This document shows positions 7,637-17,346 of a stretch of DNA of 50,562 nt, piece after piece. Position numbers and translations under genes: made by a program. Source of the DNA: an uncultured archaeon (GTDB lineage: Archaea > Iainarchaeota > Iainarchaeia > Iainarchaeales > VGJJ01); contig CAYHNT010000005.1 in NCBI GenBank assembly GCA_964358055.1, positions 1 through 50,562 on the forward strand, given 5' to 3'. The notes beneath the pieces were generated by a model, which saw only the letters and a program-made list of their open reading frames with translations, ran no database searches and was not told the origin of the DNA. The number at the start of each line of letters is the position of its first letter. The first letter of the stretch is position 1.

Positions 7637-10231
7637 GTGAATACGGAAAACACACTCCAACAAGTTGAAAAAAAAGAAACTCCTGTTGTAGAACAGGCTC
7701 CGCTATCTGTGAACGAAATCGTATTGAATTACGCTCAACAGAAAGGAATGATGCTGAACGCGGATGCATTAGAATTGCTCGCACAAACACCTGATTTTCA
7801 CTCCATCCTCAACGAACTCTCCGCAGAAAACGCATTCATTGTTTCACGCGTACACGTTGAACGAAAAATAAAGAAAGTGCTATCATTATACCCCACTCCT
7901 TCGCTTTCTCAAACACCCGAAAGTGTTCCATCACAACCAAAGCCTCTTGCAACGGAATATTCTTCCCATTATCGTATCCTCAATCACCTCAATTACTCGG
8001 GTGCATCCGAATCGAAAGGAAAAGCACTGGATTTTCTCAAATTGTTCCAAGACAAATACACGTTTTTGTTTAACGAACTCAAAAATCGAGGATACCAACC
8101 CCGTTCTTTATCGAAAATCGACCGACAAGGAAGAGACACAGAATTCGATGTCATTGTAATGGTGTCCGAAAAACAAGTCACGAAGAATGGACACGTATTA
8201 TTGAGCGTGGAAGATTTAGAAGGACAAGGAAAAGCACTCATTCCCGCATCCGATGATGCGCTCATTCAGAAAGCCAAACGTATCACGGACGATGATGTAA
8301 TCGGGATGAAATGTAAGCTCGCACGCACGGGAGAATTAATGATTGTGAAAGAATTCTCATGGCCGGACTTGCCTCAGCGAAAACCTAAGACGAGTGAAGT
8401 GGATTTAGGAATAGTCATTACAAGTGACATTCACATTGGAAGCAAACTATTTTTGCGACCGTGGTGGGAAAAATTTATTTCGTGGATGAATAGGGACGTA
8501 GGAACGGACAAAGAAAAGGAACGCGTGGGGAAACTAAAATATTTAGTGATTGCAGGAGATTGTGTTGCTGAATATGAAGAAATACATACAAAAGATGGTA
8601 TAAAAATTGCTAAAAATGTTAAAGTTGATGATTTAGTTTTATCATATGATTTTGCAAAGAAAAAATATGTTTACAAACCAATTACCAAAGTTTGGGATAA
8701 AGGTATCAAAGATGTTTATCGAGTTCATTTTAGAAATGGGCAATGGATTGACGTAACAGATGAACACAATTTTTTAGTCAGAAGTAGTGAGTCGAACAGC
8801 AAAGGGTATATCGAAAAGAAACTGAAAGAAATAGACTTAACGAATATGTATCGACGGAGGGTTCCGATTGCTAAAAAAGTACCGTATGAAATAATTGATG
8901 TTGATTGGTTAAACGAAGACCTTTGCTTCCTTTTAGGTCATTTTTTAGCTGAAGGTTGGATTGAAGGCAGTCATGTATGCACGAGCGGTTATGATTGCCC
9001 AGAACATATTATCCCATTAATAGAAAAAAACAATATCCCATTTGGTGAAGGCGTTAATGGAAACGGCGTACCCATTATTCGTTTCTTGAAAGGTCCCTTT
9101 AAAGATTTTTTAAAAACGACTAAAAAGAATAGTTTTGATATTCATTTGCCTGAGTTTATTTTTCATTTGCCGCCAACTAAATTACAAAAGATAATCGATG
9201 GCTATTTCCTTGGTGATGGAAATAATGGAAACTTTCCAGATAAACGCGGATACAATAGTGCAAAGGGCGATTGTTACTCCACCTCTAGTGAACAATTCGC
9301 ACGCGACTTTCAACGCATTGGTTTGCAATTAGGTCGATCTTTCCACATCTGGAAACAGAAAAATCATAATGGGGCTGGAAAAAAACCAATTTATCGAATT
9401 ACTTACAATCCTAATAGTCACTTTTTGAAAGAGCGAGGGTATTCTGGAATTGGTGAGGTTAGTATATCTTTTATTGAAAAAATTGGCAAGTATCAAACCT
9501 ATGATTGGGAAGTAAAAGATACTCATAATTTTGTTTTCAAAAATGGAATTATTACCCATAATTGCGTCGACGGAATTGGAGTGTATCCCAATCACATTAA
9601 TGAGTTGGAAGTCAAGGATATTTACGAACAATACAAACAATTCGAAGATTACTTGCTACAATTGCCCGATTATTTGGAAATATTCATTACCCCAGGGAAC
9701 CACGACCCGTGTAGATGGCACGATCCGCAACCGCCTGTGCTAAAAGAAATGGTCCCGCGCTTATACAACCAAAAAAACATTCATTTTCTCCCCTCTCCTG
9801 CGTGGGTGGAAATAGAGGGGCAGAAAACGCTCATCTATCATGGTTCCGGATTGATTGGCGGAATGTTTGCCATGAACATTGCCCCTACAAGCCCGGAGGA
9901 AGTCATCAAGGAACTCTTAATCAAACGCGACCTGATGAGCGTGTACGGAACCAAACACCCGTATGCGCCCGAACCCAAAGCCTACATGCTGGTGCGCGAA
10001 CACCCGGACGTGTACATTGGTGGAGACAATCATCACAATGCGTATGCACAATACCGCGGTACCACCATCATCAACAATGGATGTTGGCAAACCACCTCCG
10101 CGTACGCAGCAAGCAAAGGATTCATCAACACTCCCGGGAGAGTTCCTCAATTCTTTTTACAAAACGCCACGCTACGAGAGAGTCGATTTGACAAGGGAGA
10201 AAAAACAAGCGAAGAGGCGCTGCCCCTATGA
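7637..10231 (+). CDS. polB: DNA polymerase D small (proofreading exonuclease) subunit DP1, intein-containing
   Basis: OB fold (TKNGH..VEDLEG) and calcineurin-like motifs SDIHIGS, AGD^CVDGIGVYP, PGNHD, YHG. Stop overlaps the DP2 start (ATGA). Probable GTG start at 7637. Confidence 0.95.
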   Translation: MNTENTLQQVEKKETPVVEQAPLSVNEIVLNYAQQKGMMLNADALELLAQTPDFHSILNELSAENAFIVSRVHVERKIKKVLSLYPTPSLSQTPESVPSQPKPLATEYSSHYRILNHLNYSGASESKGKALDFLKLFQDKYTFLFNELKNRGYQPRSLSKIDRQGRDTEFDVIVMVSEKQVTKNGHVLLSVEDLEGQGKALIPASDDALIQKAKRITDDDVIGMKCKLARTGELMIVKEFSWPDLPQRKPKTSEVDLGIVITSDIHIGSKLFLRPWWEKFISWMNRDVGTDKEKERVGKLKYLVIAGDCVAEYEEIHTKDGIKIAKNVKVDDLVLSYDFAKKKYVYKPITKVWDKGIKDVYRVHFRNGQWIDVTDEHNFLVRSSESNSKGYIEKKLKEIDLTNMYRRRVPIAKKVPYEIIDVDWLNEDLCFLLGHFLAEGWIEGSHVCTSGYDCPEHIIPLIEKNNIPFGEGVNGNGVPIIRFLKGPFKDFLKTTKKNSFDIHLPEFIFHLPPTKLQKIIDGYFLGDGNNGNFPDKRGYNSAKGDCYSTSSEQFARDFQRIGLQLGRSFHIWKQKNHNGAGKKPIYRITYNPNSHFLKERGYSGIGEVSISFIEKIGKYQTYDWEVKDTHNFVFKNGIITHNCVDGIGVYPNHINELEVKDIYEQYKQFEDYLLQLPDYLEIFITPGNHDPCRWHDPQPPVLKEMVPRLYNQKNIHFLPSPAWVEIEGQKTLIYHGSGLIGGMFAMNIAPTSPEEVIKELLIKRDLMSVYGTKHPYAPEPKAYMLVREHPDVYIGGDNHHNAYAQYRGTTIINNGCWQTTSAYAASKGFINTPGRVPQFFLQNATLRESRFDKGEKTSEEALPL
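8561..9562 (+). mobile_element. Intein (334 aa) with LAGLIDADG homing endonuclease in DP1
   Basis: C1 (CVAEYEEI), block B VTDEHNF, LAGLIDADG blocks LLGHFLAEG and IIDGYFLGDG, C-terminal YDWEVKDTHNF...ITHN/C. Removal restores AGDCVDG. Visibly more AT-rich than the flanks. Confidence 0.95.
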
Positions 10232-13200
10232 ATCCACTCGAAAACATTGTGTGCGACGAAGGAACGCAGCGCTATTTCACCACGCTCGGAAACACTGTGA
10301 TGGATCAATTTACGCTGGCACAAAAAGCACGCGGAACCGGATTCGATGTTTCTCCAAAAGTAGAATGTATTCCCGTGACCGACTTAGCGGACCGCACGGA
10401 GAAGCTTGCCGGACCCATGGGTGTAGCAGAACGCTTTCGTAAGGTATTGGAAGAAAACAAAGGAGACCGAAACAAGGCATTGTTTCAATTATTCAAAGAA
10501 ATTGTGTTAGAAGAAGGTGACTGGTATCATAATTCAGACAAGGAAAAACGAATTGAACAAGGAATCAAGACGTGCCTAGTGATTATGACAGAAGGAGTGG
10601 TTGTCGCACCGCTGGATGGACTCCCTTACGTTAAACTTGCCAACAATTCCGATGGCACCCAATACGTGGACATTTATTTCGCCGGACCCATTCGTGCGGC
10701 GGGAGGAAGTGCGGCGGTTTTACCTTTAATTTTGGGAGACTATGCCCAGAAACTCCTCAACCTAGGACGCTATCATCCTACAGCGGATGAAGTGGAACGT
10801 TACGCGGAAGAGGTTAACATTTACCAAACGGATGTGGTGTCACGACAAATAAAAATGACACTCGATGAGTTACGAGCCATTGCCACAGGGTGCCCGGTTT
10901 GTATTAATGGAATTCCAACCGAAGAATTGGAAGTCACGGCATGGAGAAACCTTCCACGTGTAGCAACGAATCGTATTCGTGGGGGAATGGGATTAGTTGT
11001 CACCGAAGGATTGGGATTGAAGGCCATGAAAGTGATGTCATGGGCCAAACAACTGGGATTAGACTGGAGCTTTTTGGAAAAAATAATCAAAGTAGAAAAG
11101 AAAGCCGACCAAGTGGTGGAATTGAAGCCTAACTGGAAATACTTAGAAGGAGTGGCAGCCGGAAGACCCTTGATTGCTTATCCATCCGAATGGGGCGGCT
11201 TCCGTTTGCGCTATGGGAGAAGCCGCAACACAGGATGTGCAGGAAAGGGAGTGAATCCCGCATTCATGTATTTGATGGATGAATTCATTGCAGTAGGAAC
11301 ACACGTTAGAATTGAGCGACCGGGAAAGGCTGCCCAGTTATTTCCAGTAGATACTATTGAGGGGCCTACTGTTTTACTCAAAGATGGCACCGTCAAACAA
11401 ATCAACAACGCGGCCGAGTCGCTTGTTGTGCGTCCCTTCGTGGACAAAATATTGTTTGTGGGAGACATGCTGGTTACGCTCGGAGACTATCGCAAGTCCG
11501 CACACCCCTTGACCCCGAGTCCCTTCGTCCCCGAATGGTGGGTGCAGTTGGCACAAAAGGAAATAGAGAATGGAAAAAAAACGAAAGTGGATATTGCGTC
11601 CTATTTGGAAAAACCTTACCAACAAATATCCTTTGCGGACGCGTTGAGCGTGTCGGAAGAATTAGGAATTCCTCTTCACCCTAATCATACTGCATTTTAT
11701 CGCGGATGGAGTGTCGAAGAAACACATATCATCATAAACGAAATACGAAAAGCAAATGATGCCGGAATGGGACTCGGACTTTTACGATTTCCTCGTACTC
11801 CTGAACTCAAAAAGCACTTCGAACACGTGGGATTGCCACACCGTGCGGATGCAGAATGGATTTATTTAGATGAAGAAATGTCCGAAGCGCTGCGATTGTT
11901 CACGCGCAACGAATGCGCTGTGTTAGAGGATGGAGACACCACGCTAGCCTTACTTTCTCGCGCTGCAGGAATTGAAATCAAGGACAAAGCAGGATTTTTC
12001 TCCGGCGGACGAATGGGGAGACCTGAAGCGGCTACGCCCCGAACCATGAAAGGAAACCCGCATGTACTTTTCCCTATTGGATTAGCAGGAGGTGCCACGC
12101 GCAGCATCAATCGCGCTGCGGGACTTGTTACGATTAAAGGAAAATCTCACTCTGAAAAAACAGGAAAGACAACTGTAGAGATAGGATTGTTTGCCTGCCC
12201 CACGTGTCGTGAGGTTAATTCACGGAGATTTTGCACGCAATGCCAAATCAAAACCAACCCCTCCTACGTGTGTACGAACAAAGAATGCCTGGCGCTCAAC
12301 ACGCTAACCAAATGCGTCCAATGCGGATTCCCTGCCAAACAAGGAGGAAATGCCACGATCAATTTGCGCAACGAAATTGAATGGGCAGCGAAGAACATGA
12401 CGGAACGGATTCCCGAACCTGTGAAAGGAGTTAAGGGACTTATTTCCGACGAGAAACTCCCAGAGCCATTAGAGAAAGGAATCCTTCGCGCCAAGCACGA
12501 TTTACACGTGTTCCGCGATGGAACGAGCCGATTCGAATTATTGAACGCCCCCATCACACACTTTTATCCCAAAGAAATAGGAATGACACTAGAGAAAGCC
12601 CACGCATTAGGATACACCCAGGATGCGAAAGGAAACCCACTCACAACGACTGACCAATTAGTCGAAATGTTTGTGCAAGACATCATTGTGAACGAAGGAT
12701 GTGGCGATTGGCTGCTGCGCTGCACGCAATATGTGGATGATTTGCTAGTAAAGTTCTACAAATTGCCCGCGTACTATAAAGCGAAGACAAAACATGACAT
12801 TATTGGACAACTGGTGATAGGATTAGCCCCCCACACGAGTGCAGGAATCGTGGCACGGGTAATCGGATACACGCAAACACGTTTGGGGTGGGGACACCCG
12901 TATTTTGTGATGTGTAAACGACGAAATATTGATGGGGACCAGGACTCCGTCATGTTACTCATGGACGCATTGCTCAACTTTTCCCATACTTTCTTGAGTT
13001 CCTCCCGCGGAGGACGAATGGACGCTCCATTAGTGTTCACGGTGGCATTGAATCCTCAAGAAATTGATGACGAAGTGTACGAAATGGAAACATGCAAACT
13101 GTATCCCACCACGTTCTATGACAAAACGATTACCTTTTCCGAACCTAAAGTGGAAGAGGTTCCAGTGGTGAAGAAAAAGCTAGGAAAGAAAGACCAGTAT

Positions 13201-13677
13201 CTCCACTTGGACTTTTCTCATACTACCCAACAGTTTGACTTTGGTCCCACACAAAGTACGTACACTAAACTCAAGAGCATGGAAGAGAAACTCAAGGCAC
13301 AGGCCAAGCTCCACGCTAAACTTGTTCCTTTACAATTCCAGGACTCTCTAGAGCGCGTGATTGTGTCGCACTTGTTCCCGGATATTATTGGAAACACGCG
13401 TGCCTTTTCACGCCAAACATTTCGCTGCACCACATGTAATGCGAAATATCGCAGGATTCCACTCATTGGGACGTGTTACAAGTGCACGAAGGGAAATGTC
13501 ATTCTCACGATTGCACAAGGGAGTGTGCGAAAATACTTGAATATTGCCAAAGAAATGATTCATACGCATAATTTGAGCACGTATTTGAAACAACGCATCG
13601 CACTTGCAGAGACGGAAATTGATGCGGTTTTTCCACCCGAAAAGCAAACGCAAAAGTCTTTATTCGAGTTTGCCTAG
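10228..13677 (+). CDS. polC: DNA polymerase D large subunit DP2
   Basis: GPIRAAGG, GGFRLRYGRSR, GRMGRPE, LAPHTSAG, catalytic KRRNIDGDQD, Zn fingers and C-terminal PIP box QKSLFEF. Confidence 0.97.
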   Translation: MNPLENIVCDEGTQRYFTTLGNTVMDQFTLAQKARGTGFDVSPKVECIPVTDLADRTEKLAGPMGVAERFRKVLEENKGDRNKALFQLFKEIVLEEGDWYHNSDKEKRIEQGIKTCLVIMTEGVVVAPLDGLPYVKLANNSDGTQYVDIYFAGPIRAAGGSAAVLPLILGDYAQKLLNLGRYHPTADEVERYAEEVNIYQTDVVSRQIKMTLDELRAIATGCPVCINGIPTEELEVTAWRNLPRVATNRIRGGMGLVVTEGLGLKAMKVMSWAKQLGLDWSFLEKIIKVEKKADQVVELKPNWKYLEGVAAGRPLIAYPSEWGGFRLRYGRSRNTGCAGKGVNPAFMYLMDEFIAVGTHVRIERPGKAAQLFPVDTIEGPTVLLKDGTVKQINNAAESLVVRPFVDKILFVGDMLVTLGDYRKSAHPLTPSPFVPEWWVQLAQKEIENGKKTKVDIASYLEKPYQQISFADALSVSEELGIPLHPNHTAFYRGWSVEETHIIINEIRKANDAGMGLGLLRFPRTPELKKHFEHVGLPHRADAEWIYLDEEMSEALRLFTRNECAVLEDGDTTLALLSRAAGIEIKDKAGFFSGGRMGRPEAATPRTMKGNPHVLFPIGLAGGATRSINRAAGLVTIKGKSHSEKTGKTTVEIGLFACPTCREVNSRRFCTQCQIKTNPSYVCTNKECLALNTLTKCVQCGFPAKQGGNATINLRNEIEWAAKNMTERIPEPVKGVKGLISDEKLPEPLEKGILRAKHDLHVFRDGTSRFELLNAPITHFYPKEIGMTLEKAHALGYTQDAKGNPLTTTDQLVEMFVQDIIVNEGCGDWLLRCTQYVDDLLVKFYKLPAYYKAKTKHDIIGQLVIGLAPHTSAGIVARVIGYTQTRLGWGHPYFVMCKRRNIDGDQDSVMLLMDALLNFSHTFLSSSRGGRMDAPLVFTVALNPQEIDDEVYEMETCKLYPTTFYDKTITFSEPKVEEVPVVKKKLGKKDQYLHLDFSHTTQQFDFGPTQSTYTKLKSMEEKLKAQAKLHAKLVPLQFQDSLERVIVSHLFPDIIGNTRAFSRQTFRCTTCNAKYRRIPLIGTCYKCTKGNVILTIAQGSVRKYLNIAKEMIHTHNLSTYLKQRIALAETEIDAVFPPEKQTQKSLFEFA

Positions 13678-13687
13678 ATTCGCGCAG

Positions 13688-14308
13688 ATGTCTATCCTCC
13701 AACTCACTCAAGAAAAATGGAAGAATAAAAAAACTCCTGAAAAGGAAGTATTGCAGGCAGGAGTGTCTGATCTTATTCATACTTTTCGCTCGCAAGGAAG
13801 GGGAGACGCATGGCACATCGCTGATTTTATCCACTTGCTTTCGAAGCCGGGTGGAATTGAGAATGTGATTCAATCCAAGAGCATGCTATTTCTATCCATG
13901 CGAAATGATAAAGTAGTGGGAATCGTTGAGTTTCAGCCCACTAAAAATAAACGCATCTACATTCAGTTCATGCTAACTCATCCTGATTTTGAACGACAAA
14001 GGATTGGAAGACAACTTTACTCTGCTGTCTCAGGATACACACGCACCCAAGGATACAAGGGCGTCGATGCAGACTGGCAGTCTCACTCAGGAAGAACGTT
14101 TGCTCCTAATTTGTTAGGAAATTTTCCTCGACCGTATTTTAACAAAGGACAAAAAGTGGTGGGTGAGAGGATGAATGCATATCTCAATAGAGGCGTCATC
14201 CGAATAGAACACCATTTTGGAGCTCCAGTTAAAGCTCCTAAGAACTCTTCGCCATTTCGCAAGTGGTGGAGAAAACTACTCCTATTCAGGCGGGCGCGGG
14301 CCAGGTAA
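13688..14308 (+). CDS. GNAT-family N-acetyltransferase
   Basis: VVGIVEF...IYIQFMLTHPDFERQRIGRQLY (acetyl-CoA binding motif A). Start at ATG 13688. Confidence 0.72.
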   Translation: MSILQLTQEKWKNKKTPEKEVLQAGVSDLIHTFRSQGRGDAWHIADFIHLLSKPGGIENVIQSKSMLFLSMRNDKVVGIVEFQPTKNKRIYIQFMLTHPDFERQRIGRQLYSAVSGYTRTQGYKGVDADWQSHSGRTFAPNLLGNFPRPYFNKGQKVVGERMNAYLNRGVIRIEHHFGAPVKAPKNSSPFRKWWRKLLLFRRARAR

Positions 14309-15059
14309 TGAATCCAATTCCAAACAAAACAAGCGCGATGACGACTAACACGAGGATGGCCATCCACCGGTTAGGATGTTCCTTGCTGGGCTGAAAGAGC
14401 AAAATGATGTCATGCGCGAGACCGGATGCATGCTCCACCCACCCTTGAGGGGATTGCAAATCGGAAAGGGTTTCTTTAGCAAGCTCCGTGGCCGTGCTTC
14501 CTTGATATGGAATTCCACTCTCTTCTCCTTCAAACTCGCCACTCATTCCATTAATGCGGAGTTTGATTTGGTTATCTTCATCTAGGGTTATTTTACACAC
14601 CCAAAAAGGAACGTACACTAAGTGCATACCCGTAATATGAACATTCCCGCGCGCCACCTTTTCCTGCGCTGCAATCTTGATTTGCGCAGCGCCCTTAGCT
14701 TCGTCCAAAGAGAACCGGGGATTTTTTACAAATGCTTTGATTTTAGATGGAACTTCGAAGACGGAAAGCATCACTTCAGGCGAGGCCATCTCAGCAATCA
14801 CCTCATCCAATTCATTCTTCACCGCATTCAAACTGTTAATTCCCTGCGTGCTTTCATCTACGCTTCGAATTTTGGTCCCTTCTTCTTCAGCCTCTGAAAA
14901 TGAATCAAACTGAAAAACGTAATAGGGGATTAATTCAATTTCAGGAATGGGAACGGGTATTTCTCCCCAATTATTGGCATCCAATTCATCCTGAACTAAT
15001 TGGGTGATTTCTTCTAATGAAACTTTGAGAGGCAAACTAGGAAGCTCGAACTTTTCCAT
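14286..15059 (-). CDS. Hypothetical acidic protein with C-terminal membrane anchor
   Basis: Long ORF with two similar segments (LIPYYVF and VYVPFWV) and a C-terminal TM helix. Start at MEKFEL (15059). Confidence 0.75.
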   Translation of the reverse strand: MEKFELPSLPLKVSLEEITQLVQDELDANNWGEIPVPIPEIELIPYYVFQFDSFSEAEEEGTKIRSVDESTQGINSLNAVKNELDEVIAEMASPEVMLSVFEVPSKIKAFVKNPRFSLDEAKGAAQIKIAAQEKVARGNVHITGMHLVYVPFWVCKITLDEDNQIKLRINGMSGEFEGEESGIPYQGSTATELAKETLSDLQSPQGWVEHASGLAHDIILLFQPSKEHPNRWMAILVLVVIALVLFGIGFITWPAPA

Positions 15060-15133
15060 ATGTTTAACGAGGGAAACGGGTTCAAAAAGGTGATGGGAAG
15101 AACCGTTAAATACCCCAGCGAGTTGTTGGACGT

Positions 15134-15508
15134 ATGGAATCCATCCCACGATTCATGAAGCTACAAATTCTGGTCGTATTTCTTGTTCTTTTTCAAATCC
15201 TCGATTTGCAGGGACTGGTGAGCATCCTATTGGTTCCAGGACTAACCACTTCACTCGATCTAAAACAAATGGCACTTCTAGCCTATTACGCGGTGCTCGT
15301 TTTGTCTGTACTGCTTCTTTTGAGCGGAAAATCATTCCCACGATTCGCACTCGCATTGTATGCGGGAGCAGTGTTCATGGCCATTTCAATCGTTCCCCAA
15401 ATCATGGCGAATATGCCCTATGGATTGGGCATTTGGAACGTGCTTGCGCTTTTTACCATTCTGACCCCGCTTGCAGCAGGGTATTTATTGAGTAAAGAAA
15501 TGCATTGA
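15134..15508 (+). CDS. Small four-TM hypothetical membrane protein
   Basis: Four hydrophobic stretches; TTAAATA TATA-like box just upstream. Confidence 0.7.
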   Translation: MESIPRFMKLQILVVFLVLFQILDLQGLVSILLVPGLTTSLDLKQMALLAYYAVLVLSVLLLLSGKSFPRFALALYAGAVFMAISIVPQIMANMPYGLGIWNVLALFTILTPLAAGYLLSKEMH

Positions 15509-15555
15509 GTCAAATTTGGACTACTGATTGTGCTTGAAGAAAAAATAGGTGTTGA

Positions 15556-15572
15556 AGGGGAAAAATTCCCCT
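15556..15572. terminator. Hairpin between convergent genes
   Basis: AGGGGAA-aaa-TTCCCCT 7-bp inverted repeat between the two stop codons. Confidence 0.4.
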
Positions 15573-15587
15573 CCAGAAAGTAAATAC

Positions 15588-15953
15588 TTATTGCTGTGGA
15601 ACTTTTCGCTTCATTATTTTGACGCGAGCAGGGGTGACCAAGAGTCTTCCCTGGGAAATTCCGGCAATGTCTCCATCGATGCGTGAAACCAAGTCCTTGA
15701 TGGAAATAACCATATCGCGCAAACCCTTGGGGTTTCGCTTCTGGGCTTCCTCAATGTTGAGCAAAAGCAGGTTTCCTTCTTTCAATTCGCGTTCAACGAC
15801 TTGCAAATCTTCAGCTCCGCGCAAGGTAACGGGCTTTACGTAAGCATCCGCGTCCTCGTACTGTGCTTCTTCCTCGACATCCATGTTGTTGAGGAAATCC
15901 TCTACGTCTACTTGTTCGGTCTGGCTGGTAAATACTCGGTCTAAGAAGCCCAT
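15588..15953 (-). CDS. sepF: Cell division protein SepF (archaeal type)
   Basis: ELKEGNLLLLNI...IDGDIAGI...LLVTPARVKI; N-terminal amphipathic MGFLDRVF; SD-like TGAGGGGG upstream. Confidence 0.88.
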   Translation of the reverse strand: MGFLDRVFTSQTEQVDVEDFLNNMDVEEEAQYEDADAYVKPVTLRGAEDLQVVERELKEGNLLLLNIEEAQKRNPKGLRDMVISIKDLVSRIDGDIAGISQGRLLVTPARVKIMKRKVPQQ

Positions 15954-16125
15954 GTTATCTCCCCCTCATTTTTTGTTGATCTAAACGGCTTAACTATCGG
16001 CATTTTTGGTTTTCAAAAAGGCCGCGTTGCCTATATTGTCCTTTTGAAGTTCTTAAACGTGTGCTCGAAAAGCAAACTAGGAACCTTAAAATGGGTTCGG
16101 GACATTTCAACCTACTGGGTTGGGT

Positions 16126-17346
16126 ATGAGTTTACAACAAGCATTCGAAGCCGAGTTCACCAAACCAAGCGTTTTCTCTGACCGAAACAAAATAATGCCT
16201 CATTACACGCCCAACGTGTTACCCTTTAGAGAAAAACAAGTCGGGGACATCACACGCATCGTGGCGGCCGCATTGAGAGGGCAGCGACCCGAGAACATCT
16301 TCATCTATGGGAAGCCGGGCACGGGAAAAACATCCACTACACGACACGTGATGGACGAGTTAGGTGTGTTTGCTAAACAAAAAGAACTCAAAATCAGACA
16401 CGTGTACATTAATTGCCGCACGCATAACAAGAAATACAAAGTATTACTCAAATGTCTCCGTGAAATATTTCCTGAACAACCTGACAAAGCATTCCAAGGA
16501 TACTCGGCGGCCTATTTGTACGAGAAACTGGTGTCTTATGTCCGGGACACAGAAACCCACTTGATTTTAGTGTTAGACGAGCTAGACAAAGTGCGCGACT
16601 TAGACGAACTAATTTACTCCACCACACGCTCAAACGACGAGCTGCCCAAAGGGGGCATCTCCGTGATAGGAATCTCCAACAACCTACTTTTCAAAGACGC
16701 ACTCGATCCCCGAACCAAATCCTCGTTGTGCCAACAGGAAATGATTTTTCCCCCCTACAACGCGGAACAGCTCCACACTATTATTGAACAGCGCGTACAG
16801 GAGGCATTTTATCCCGACGCCGTGGATTCAGGGGCCATTTCACTTGCCTCGGCAATTGCAGCCCAAGAAAGTGGAGATGCGCGCACGGCCATCAAGCTCA
16901 TGTTACGCGCAGGGGAACTTGCGGACGAACAAAAGACAGGAAAAGTGATCGATGTCCACGTGAAAGCCGCCCGTTCCTCTGTGGAACAAGAAATTATCCT
17001 CGAACACGTGACGGTCTTACCCGAGCACGAGAAATTAGTGCTCTATACGATCGCTGCATTAACCCTACAACGTCGACCCATTCAAACGCTCAACGGGACG
17101 AAAGCCGAAGGCGTGTTGTATTCAGGAGAAGTGTACGAAGCTTACGAACAAATGGCCAAAAAATTCAAATTCAACGACCCAGTCAGTGCGCGCTGGTATA
17201 GAGAATACATCAATCAATTGGAAATGTACGGAATGATCGTCACCACGCAAAGCGGACCTGGTGTAAAAGGGCAAACGCGATTCATCAAACTTAAAGTGGA
17301 CGCGCAGAAGATTAAGGAAGTATTAGAAAAGGAATTTGCGGGCTAG
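16126..17346 (+). CDS. cdc6: Cdc6/Orc1 replication initiator
   Basis: YTPNVLPFRE, Walker A GKPGTGKT, YINC, Walker B VLDELD, FPPYNAEQL, SGDAR and C-terminal winged helix. Confidence 0.96.
   Translation: MSLQQAFEAEFTKPSVFSDRNKIMPHYTPNVLPFREKQVGDITRIVAAALRGQRPENIFIYGKPGTGKTSTTRHVMDELGVFAKQKELKIRHVYINCRTHNKKYKVLLKCLREIFPEQPDKAFQGYSAAYLYEKLVSYVRDTETHLILVLDELDKVRDLDELIYSTTRSNDELPKGGISVIGISNNLLFKDALDPRTKSSLCQQEMIFPPYNAEQLHTIIEQRVQEAFYPDAVDSGAISLASAIAAQESGDARTAIKLMLRAGELADEQKTGKVIDVHVKAARSSVEQEIILEHVTVLPEHEKLVLYTIAALTLQRRPIQTLNGTKAEGVLYSGEVYEAYEQMAKKFKFNDPVSARWYREYINQLEMYGMIVTTQSGPGVKGQTRFIKLKVDAQKIKEVLEKEFAG

Noticed and set aside
15954-16125. Replication origin next to cdc6
   Set aside because: The gap is short, holds two divergent promoters, and has no ORB (TTCCAGTGGAAAC/G-string) or long AT-rich unwinding element.
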